DNA of 64,000 nucleotides from Octopus vulgaris (Eukaryota), in the NCBI GenBank assembly GCA_951406725.2, contig OX597816.1, positions 46,190,001-46,254,000 on the forward strand, written 5' to 3'. Position numbers and translations under genes: made by a program. How positions within the stretch are numbered: the first letter of the stretch is position 1; each line of letters starts with the position of its first letter. The notes under the pieces were generated by a model. That model was not told the origin of the DNA and did no database searches. It saw nothing but the letters and a program-made list of their open reading frames with translations. Below are positions 54,811 through 64,000 of this stretch, in pieces.

Positions 54811-55205
54811 GCAGGAGTGACTGTGTGGTAAGTAGCTTGCTAACCAACCACATGGTTCTCGGTTCAGTCCCACTATGTGGCATCTTGGGCATGTGTCTTC
54901 TGCTATAGCCCTGGGCCGACCAATGCCTTGTGAGTGGATTTGGTAGACGGAAACTGAAAGAAGCCTGTCGTATATATGTATATATATATATGTATGTGTG
55001 TGTCTGTGTTTGTCCCCCTAGCATTGCTTGACAACCAATGCTGGTGTGTTTACGTCCCCGTCACTTAGCGGGTCGGCAAAAGAGACCGATAGAATAAGTA
55101 CTGGGCTTACAAAGAATAAGGCTTGGGGTCGATTTGCTTGACTAAAGGCGGTGCTCCAGCATGGCCACAGTCAAATGACTGAAACAAGTAAAAGAGTAAA
55201 AGAGT
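54811..55205 (+). mobile_element. SINE family A, full length
   Basis: Matches the consensus. Confidence 0.9.
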
Positions 55206-55784
55206 ATATGTGTGCATGAATACACACACTTGGGTGAAAAAATAATTGCTGTTCTTGTTATTCTAACATTTGATATTTATATCAGTTCAGATACGTTTGG
55301 GATATACCTTGTGACACAATATTTTATAATATTTGATGCTTATTTTGGAATAAACTTTTAGGTAACCATGATCATGTAATATACCATTTTGAAGCTTTCA
55401 TTGTTCCTGTTTTATGACAGACCAAATGCTTAACAGCATTTCTTCTGAGTTCAAACACTGTCAAGGTTGACTTTACTTTTCATCCTTTCGGAGTCAATAA
55501 AAATAAGTACCAGCTGAGCACTGGGGTTGATATGATCAATTGCCTGCTTCATCAGAAATTGCTGGCCTTGTGCTAAAACTTGAAACTTAGGATGGTGAGT
55601 TGGCTGAATCATTAGAGTGATGGATCATTAGAGTGCTCCAGCATGGCCACAGTCAAATGACTGAAACAAGTACACGAGTAAAAGAGTAACTGTTCAACAT
55701 TTATACTATAATTCAAAGTCAAAAAAGTTCAATTAATGAACAACTCGTAAGTGGCATCAATATATAATATGCAGGTGTGGCTAT

Positions 55785-55948
55785 AGGTGCAGGAGTGGCT
55801 GCGTGGTAAGAAGCTTGATTCCCAACCACATGGTTCCGGGTTCAGTCCCACCGCATGGCACCTTGGGCAAGTGTCTCCTACTATAGCCTCAGGCCGACCA
55901 ATGCCTTATGAGATGATTTGGTAGACGGAAACTAAAAGAAGCCTGTCG

Positions 55949-55981
<33 letters not shown>

Positions 55982-56134
55982 CTGTGTTTGTCCCCACACC
56001 ATTGCTTGACAACCGATGCTGGTGTGTTTAGGCCTTTGTAACTTAGCGGTTCAGCCAAAGAGTCCGATAGTATAAGTACTGCTGAAAGAAGGGTGTCATA
56101 TATATACATATATACAAGGGTGTCATATACATAC

Positions 56135-56165
<31 letters not shown>

Positions 56166-56356
56166 TGTATATGTTTGTGTGTCTGTGTTTGTCCCCCGCA
56201 CCATTGCTTCACAACCGATGTTGGCGTGTTTACGTCTCCGTAACCTAGCAGTTTGTCAAAAAAGTGCAATAGAATAAGTACTATGCTTGCAAGGAATAAG
56301 TGCTGGGGTCGATTTGTTCGACTATAGGTGGTGCTCCAGCATGGCAACAGTCAAAT
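55785..56356 (+). mobile_element. SINE family A with duplicated 3' half
   Basis: Body to 56080, a short aagggtgtcatata duplication, then a second 3' half at 56170-56356. Confidence 0.8.
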
Positions 56357-57699
56357 TTCAAGCAGGGATATAACAAAAGTTTTCCATTAAGATTTGTAAT
56401 TAAATTAATTAGTAAGGTTAATAACTATAATGAATTTGCCATTTTCGTTGAGTGTGCAACGCATACCTAGCACAGCCGGAATATACGCTCCTGAAAGAAT
56501 GTGACCCTCATATCTTTAAAATTTAAATAATGAAATTTAAATAAAGGCTTTAGAATCAAAGGGAAATAACTTTGCACACAGGATAGTGGTTTAACTGATA
56601 ACACATCGCACACAAAATCATTCAATACCTTCTTTCATAGACCTACACGTTTTAATATTTACACCCATGTTGGCTATATTGATCAATGCACGTATATGAA
56701 TGAACACAATTACATGCACAAATCACATACTCGTCGACAAGTACAACTATGGACAATACATCCTGGTGAATAAAATAAATGGGTAATGAAATAAGGGTGC
56801 AATAAATAATTAATGAAAAATGAATAAATAGATAAATAATTAAGCGCATGTTTATTATTTAGGCTTATTCACGTCATAGTGTATACCTTCGCTTACGTAT
56901 CTTTATTCATTCAGCTATATTTGACTCTTGGTTCATGCTTGCATAGACACACATGCTCATAAACTGTACACATATGTAGCATATGCTAGTTGGTACATAT
57001 ACTTCTACGGTATATGCTGGCGAAAGTATATCCTTAATATAGCAAATACCACATCCCGAAGACAGGCTGTTCTCTTCAGGATTGGAAAATATTATTTCAG
57101 TTCTAATATTTGCAGATATTATACTGTAGCAATATTGTTTTCTTCATTGCTATCTTCACTGTTTGAGAAAAATATTAAGAATGATCTCGTTTGAGATTAC
57201 AAACATCTTTGGCTAGTTTAACGTTGTTGTGTCCACTATTTTGATTGGTTAGCATCTAAGCGCGGTCTGTCTCTCTACTTACTTCGCGCTAGTGTGTAAA
57301 CTGACCAATCACGGCTTTCGGATAGGACTTTTCATTTGAGCCATTTTAATGGAGTTTTGCTCCCACGTCTAGGAGCTTGTTGCTGCTGCTGCACGCAAAC
57401 ATCTCAAGTTAGATTGGTATAAAATGGGTCGCAGGCTTTCTTCTGTTTCTGTTCCACAAGTTTGCTGTCTCCTCTGTCTACCGTTTCTATCACTACTATA
57501 TTGATCTCTGTTTCTTCAAATTCACTCATGCCAATTCCACACAGGCGCACTCCCGATCCATTCATCTCTCTTCTCATCACCCAGGTCATGTCCACCCTAA
57601 CCAGGTCCCGTACTAATCCCTACATTCAGTCCTTCCATCTCAGAGCATCAGTTCTCTGCGCATGAAGGCTTTATTGGATTGTGTGGATCAGAGAAAACT

Positions 57700-58620
57700 C
57701 CATCTACACATGTCATCACAGTACGATCTGACATGAAGCCACCGAACCAAGAGACGAGAGACAAATGTAGTCAATGGGTGAGCAATTTTGCCTGGAAATG
57801 AGCAAGTCAGACGCGGCTGAAAGTTTTGTTGATGTCGCAGCAACAACATTACTTTTGTCATATTTCTCAAGTGTGGGTGACAAAAGAGTAGGTCTTTATT
57901 ACGTCTGGCTTCACAAGAGTCATTGTTGATAGTCATTAAAGGAAAGAGATTCAACATGTTAGAGAAGGTTGTTATGAATGATAGTCTCCATAATCTTTGA
58001 GCTATTGGAAGTGATTGCTATAGGACGATATATGGTCGTGTCAGAATTTCATATGTTGTGGTTGGAACATTTTGTAACGTGTTTCCAGAGATCAGGATAT
58101 CTTGGTAGAAAGGGAAAGACGGAGAGAGTGAAAGAGAAGGGGATAGATAGAAGGGGAGAAAAAGAGAGAAAGGTTAAGAGTTTGGTGAAGATAGTACGTT
58201 GTTTGAGGGCAATGGAAAGGATATTGTCAGGGCAGTAGGGAGGCATTGTTAGTTTGAAGCAACAAAGTGCGTTTTTGTAATTGATGTATTTGTGTGCATA
58301 GGGAGAGCCTTGTGGAGTGAAAAGAGATACTTTGAGAAGTATTACTTAGTGTAGCATGCTGTTGAATGATAAGCAAGGAGCAAACACGAAGGCTTTTTCC
58401 ACGAGTGCACTGCTTACGAAAGCATCTTGTTGAAAATTCGAATAAACTAGGATTCTGTGAAATTTGTAGAGATTTCTTTAAGAAGGGACCAAAACGATCG
58501 GTTGCAGTTTGTAGGGCAGGAAATTTTGCAGTCTGTGGGATGTACGTAGGTATTCTTCACAGTTTGGACAATGGCCTTGCAGGAATTGCAGTGTTGGGTT
58601 GGAGACGTCTAGTTGGTGTG
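57700..58620 (-). pseudogene. CR1-group (Crack/Daphne-like) LINE RT remnant
   Basis: Minus strand RSFWSLLKEISTNF, EKAFVFA, PDNILSIALKQ, YPDLWKH, YRPIAITSNSSKIMETII. Confidence 0.65.
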
Positions 58621-60611
58621 GCGGTGGTTGTGGTGGGATAATTGTTTCGAAGGATTGTTGGCTGTGTTCTCTGAATTGTTATGACAATGATGATGACAAT
58701 TATTTGATATTGATGTTTAATGAAGGTGACGATGAGAATGCTAAAGGTAAGTGACCATAGCAATGACTGACGCTGACAACAACGACGACGACAATAGCGA
58801 CGATTTGATATTGACGTTGACAATTATGAAAACTGATGATGATGTTGATGATGATGATGAGGAGGAGGAGAATGACCATGATGAGGAAGACGATGACGAT
58901 GTTGATGATGATAAACGAATGCTGTAGAAGACATGCAAGGATCAACCATGATAATGAACGGGGCGACGGCATTGTTTGGGGTGGTGTGGTAACGAGGAAA
59001 TGAGCTTGATTATATTACAGCCGATAACCTGACAACGAAGATGATGACATCATTGACAATGATGGTGGTGCCGACGATGATAGTGATAACATTGATGATG
59101 ATAATGGCGATGATGATGATGGTGGTGATGACAACGACGACGATGAGAAGTTGAAGGAGGGGATAGTGGAAAGTAGTGGTGGTGATAGTGGTGATTAGTG
59201 CTCATGATGGTGTTTGTAGTTGTTAGGGTGGTGGTGGTTACGACGACTGTGATTCTGTGTACAAAATGAATAAATCAAAACCCCCTTTCAAAGAATTGAT
59301 TCGCCACCAACACCACACCACCACTACCGTCACCATATCCTATCTACGTTCAAGCAATGATAACAATAGGCAGTATCAGAATCATTTGATAGCTGTTGTG
59401 AAACAGGACCAAATCCATAACATGTGACACACTAGATGAAACTGGGATATTCTGGTAACATTAAACCCTCGAATCCCAGCTTTTATCCTATTCTCATCGG
59501 CTTCTCATTACTCTATTTCTATTTCTTTCCTTCCCCGGACCTTAGTTTTAATAGCCGTGCCGACAAAGGGCTTTGATTTATCAATGAGGTACTGATGTAT
59601 AAAACTCCTTTGTCGTATTGCTGGGTGACGGGTGATAACCATTACTCGATGTTAATAATTCACTTGATGCTTGTTGCAATACGTTCATGCATAAATGAAT
59701 GCATGCATGTATGTATATACTTTAAATCAAGTGTATACTTTTATGAATACATATACAAAAGCGTGCATGCGCGTGATTATTGTATGCCCTTGTATTTCAT
59801 TGTAATTCCTGCCATCATTCGGATTTATTTATGTCTTCCTTAAATCGTGTAGTTTGTTCAGGATTGCTTTGATTGATGGTGAGCTGGTGTTGGAGAAATA
59901 GAGCCTTTATTATTGTTTTTCTTTTCAATAGTGCTATACGTTAATATAGTCATCATCAATATATACAATACGCAATGTTCATCACGTTGTTGTTTGTATG
60001 TAAAGACTTTTGGCATAAAAGCGGCGGGCAATACGTTATAATTAGTGTCCAAAGGAAATATTTTTTTTTACATGAGTTGTTGTTAAGAAGGAATATGTTA
60101 AACCAAAATTAGGTACCCTGTTTACCGGCGTATAACACGCGATTCCTTTTTTTTAAATTTTTAAGTGCATCTAAAAAATTGCCCTATCTTCAAAATGGCA
60201 GTGTTACAGAAGAGGAATCGTGCACCATAGACTAGGGAGCCAGGTAGAGTTTAAGTTCGCAATGTCCAGTAATCGTTATTAATAATATTGAAAACAAACT
60301 GAATTATCAATTATTCTTAGCACAAACTCAAGAAAAATTGGATATTGTACTTCGGCAGTGAAGAGGTGACATCGTTGTTTTACACCGCCTACCTCTTGAT
60401 ATTATTTGAAATTAATTTAAGGATAACAATTAAGAAAAAAAAAACGAAAGGCTAAAACGAAAGCAATGGAAAATAATTTTAATTTAACAATTAAGAAAAA
60501 AAAAACGTAAGCAAAAACTCAAAACAAAAACAAAACGAATAATTTTAGACACGCGTAACAATTAAATTAATTTAACAATTTAGAAAAAAAACAAAAACGA
60601 AAGGCTAAAAT

Positions 60612-61188
60612 TTAGGGTTAGGGTTAGTGACGGGATATTGTCTCAGTTTTAGACGCAGCAAATGATTTTAGCTCAATAGAGGCAATTGATTGGTTAAAAT
60701 TCGAAAAATTAAACTACGTTAAACTTACAAATTACAATTTTCTCAAGAAAGCCAAGAGAAAAAAATGTTTTATTTTGACACATTCTACCAGTGTACGAAG
60801 TTTAAAAGTGTTTAACTAACTAGAAATTGTGTTGAAAACTGCCGTTCAAAAGGAAAAGATCCAGATTTTTCTCTTGGCTTTATTGAGAAAATTCAGTAGT
60901 TTGTAAGATATTTGTTGTTTTTTTCTTCAATTTCTGCAATTTCAACCAATCAGTGACGTCCATTGAGGTAAAAAAAAACATTCTTTTCCGTATGAATATG
61001 TCCCTCGTTTAAGAAACAGATTGGGTTTATTTACATTTGTAAAGAAAAAAAGATACCCTTCCCCCCACCTCTAACCCTAACCCTAAAACAGATTGAAATG
61101 CAATAGATCGATACTAGGGTCATAATTATGGGTGACAATTTCATATGACACCGCTAGAAAAAACTGCCGTTCAAACCGAAAAGATCCC
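60612..61188. mobile_element. Two abutting partial copies of a TIR/MITE family containing TTAGGG motifs
   Basis: aaaactgccgttcaaa..gaaaagatcc at 60835 and 61160; 60612-60765 is inverted relative to 60865-61087. Confidence 0.5.
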
Positions 61189-61244
61189 GATCTTCTTCAG
61201 AAACAAACAAATACACGTGCTTTAAGAAGTGATAAACACGGTTC

Positions 61245-63486
61245 TTATATCCAAAGATCATCCATGGCTCTATGCAACTGTTGCGGTATCACTCTTTATG
61301 AAGGAGTTCTCCGTTTCCACGGCAAAAATAATACTGCCATTACATTTTTCATGGAACACGGTGTCCTGCCGTTTACCCACAATTGTCCGACATGTAATTT
61401 TCCATGTATTTTGCGCGAGGAAACGAACATGTGGCGTTGCTATAAGATGGTACGACGACGTCGCCAATACAGAAGGGAGTGTGGATATTCTGAATCTTTA
61501 TTGAAGAACTCCTTTCTGGAAAACACCCATGTTCCGCCTTGGAAAATATTGCTTTTCGTAAATCACTTCCTCAGCACAGCTTGGACGCACAGATTAATCG
61601 AGGAAAATCTCAGATTCTCTCGTAAAACATCTGTAGATTGGCGGTCTTTCTGTACTGAGGTCTGCCAGTTTTGGACAGAAAACAACCAAAATATGATTGG
61701 AGGAGATGGAGTTCAAATTGAGATCGATGAAACGGTTCTGGTCGGTCGAAAATATCAACGCGGCAGAATAATCAAAATGGTTTGGTTTTTTGGTGGACTG
61801 GAACGCTTGACGAGGCGAGGGCAACAGAAGGGATGCTGACACCCTCATTCCTATCATTAGACGCTACGTCAGGTCGAATCAATAATCTATAGTGACTGTT
61901 GGCGTGCGTATAGTAACTTGAGCAGCATGGGCTATACACACTTTCAGGTTAATCACTCTGAACACTTTGTGGCGAAGTTTCGCATGTCGTAGCACAGATT
62001 TCCGTCGATTTGCGTAAAAAACTTTTATGCCCTTTGTAAACTATGCCTTTGTGGCGAAGTTTGTGGCGAAGTTTCGCATGTCGTAGCACAGATTTCCGTC
62101 GATTTGCGTAAAAAACTTTTATTTTTTTACATAAGTAATGAGAGCGAAAGAGACTAAGAGGAAGCGATTTTATGACGAGAAGGTTTCTCTTTGAAATCGG
62201 CCTGTGTGTGTTTGATGGGGTGTGGGAGACAGACAGTATGTTGTGTAAGTGAAGTGCTTCTGTTAGTGTGTGCGAAGAGACAGAGAGAGTAATGTGTGAA
62301 AGAGAGAGATAACTGATTTTTTACTCGGTGTATGTGTATATGTATGTATGCATGTATGTGTGTGTGTGTGTATGTATCTATGTATGTGTGTGTAAGTATG
62401 TGTGTGTGTATATATGGCCGATTCATCGTAATTTTTTACTCGGTGTATGTGTATATGTATGTCTGCATGTATGTGTGTGTGTGTATGTATCTATGTATGT
62501 GTGTATGTGTATGTATGTATGTGTGTATGTATGGTCGATTCAGTGTAATTTTTTACTCGGTGTATGTGTATATGTATGTCTGCATGTATGTGTGTGTGTG
62601 TGTATGTATCTATGTGTGTATGTGTGTGTAAGTATGTGTGTGTGTATGTATGTATGTATGTATGTGTGTGTGTGTGTATGTATCTATGTATGTGTGTGTG
62701 TATGTATGTATGTATGGCCGATTCATCGTAATTTTTTACTCGGTGTATGTGTATATGTATGTCTGCATGTATGTGTGTGTGTGTATGTATCTATGTATGT
62801 GTGTATGTGTATGTATGTATGTGTGTATGTATGGTCGATTCAGTGTAATTTTTTACTCGGTGTATGTGTATATGTATGTCTGCATGTATGTGTGTGTGTG
62901 TATGTATCTATGTGTGTGTGTGTGTGTAAGTATGTGTGTGTGTATGTATGTATGTATGTGTGTGTGTGTATGTATCTATGTATGTGTGTGTGTATGTATG
63001 TATGTATGGCCGATTCATCGTAATTTTTTACTCGGTGTATGTGTATATGTATGTCTGTCTCTTCGCACACACTAACAGAAGCACTTCACTTACACAACAT
63101 ACTGTCTGTCTCCCACACCCCATCAAACACACACAGGCCGACTTCAAAGTGAAACCTTCTCGTCGTAAAATCGCTTCCTCTTAGTCTCTTTCGCTCTCAT
63201 TACTTATGTAAAAAAATAAAAGTTTTTTACGGAAATCGACGGAAATCTGTGCTACTACAACCGAAACTATGCCCACTTGGTGGGTCCCCATAACCCAGTT
63301 ATTCACACTCAGAATATTGAGCGTTTATGGGGAAACCTGAAAAAATGCATTGTTCGTCCCGGAATGAGACCGAAGTATCTCAAACAATATGTCGCTAAGT
63401 CACTTTTTATACGGGCCATCTCACCGCCAACTCAGCGACTCCACAAGTTTCTTTTAGAAGCTGGAAAACTCTACCCATGTTCCTGA
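61245..63486 (+). pseudogene. Merlin (IS1595/ISXO2-like) DDE transposase, disrupted
   Basis: Zn ribbon CPTC..WRC..C; IGG.GVQIEIDET..RKYQRGR..WFFGGLER; RDADTLIPII; IYSDCWRAY; VNHSEHFV; after the insertion HTQNIERLW; frameshifts near 61820-61875. Confidence 0.9.
61976..63268. mobile_element. Non-autonomous foldback element with ~215-bp TIRs and internal microsatellite-rich tandem repeats
   Basis: 62070-62284 is inverted to 63056-63268; internal gattca..gtaattttttactcgg units; extra partial left end at 61976-62028. Confidence 0.85.
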
Positions 63487-64000
63487 GGACTTGGAAGAAT
63501 TGTTTTTAGATGTTCAATCACCCTTAAATTTGTCTATCATGAAACGATATTCAACACATATTTATGAAACAATTTGGATAAATTTTTACAAGTGCACCTC
63601 CACGCAGTTCATAAAAAAAAACCCCTCGGATTTCTCGCTTGTAAATCACCTACCCTGGCCTCCTAATCTGCTGCAAACCCCTTATTTTTCTTCATAAAAA
63701 AGGGTGGGGCAGGAAACTGGAACCCCACCTCCCTAAAATTATTTGAAAATGTGCATAAATAGGATATATATTGTACAGGCCAAAACAAAACAAAAAAAAT
63801 ACATAAATGACAAAACACACCTTTATACACTCACTCTCTCTCCGTCTCTTTCCATAAAAAAATCGAAGAGTACTTGTTACCCGCTTAAAATTTCGGCGCG
63901 AAAAATTACTATAGGACAAAACTGTTTTGCAGCTTAGGTCTTATATATCCTAGGATCTATATATCCAGTAATTTTGGAAGGTATGTAAAAGATACTGTTT

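Noticed and set aside
60612-60628. Telomere or interstitial telomeric array
   Set aside because: Fewer than three TTAGGG units, embedded in a dispersed repeat
61132-61839. Intact transposase gene
   Set aside because: Frameshifted before the second catalytic Asp and split by an insertion; Merlin TIRs and TSD not located

Overview
AT-rich, microsatellite-dense eukaryotic DNA with no recognisable host protein-coding gene. It looks intergenic or intronic, and the SINE/LINE repertoire suggests an octopus (cephalopod) genome, which is an inference. Almost all listed ORFs are simple-repeat artefacts. The real content is a transposon mosaic. Retroelements include at least four tRNA-headed SINE families (about 25 copies), a young 5'-truncated RTE LINE with an embedded PHD finger plus many RTE remnants, two R4/Dong-type RLE retrotransposon 3' ends at (TAA)n, a solo LTR, and Penelope-like and CR1-group remnants. 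DNA elements include mariner/maT remnants, Helitron/Helentron pieces, and a Merlin (IS1595-like) transposase split by a long-TIR foldback element. The most notable signal is invisible in the ORF track: several sequence-unrelated short repeats beside (TA)n tracts carry type I hammerhead ribozyme motifs. Canonical cores lie at 20411, 44144 and 49065, a CCGAUGA variant at 40914, a shared CUGU-core variant at 40632/42777, and there are further decayed copies. This suggests multiple Penelope-derived or retrozyme-like self-cleaving RNA families. All folds were made by eye and boundaries are approximate.
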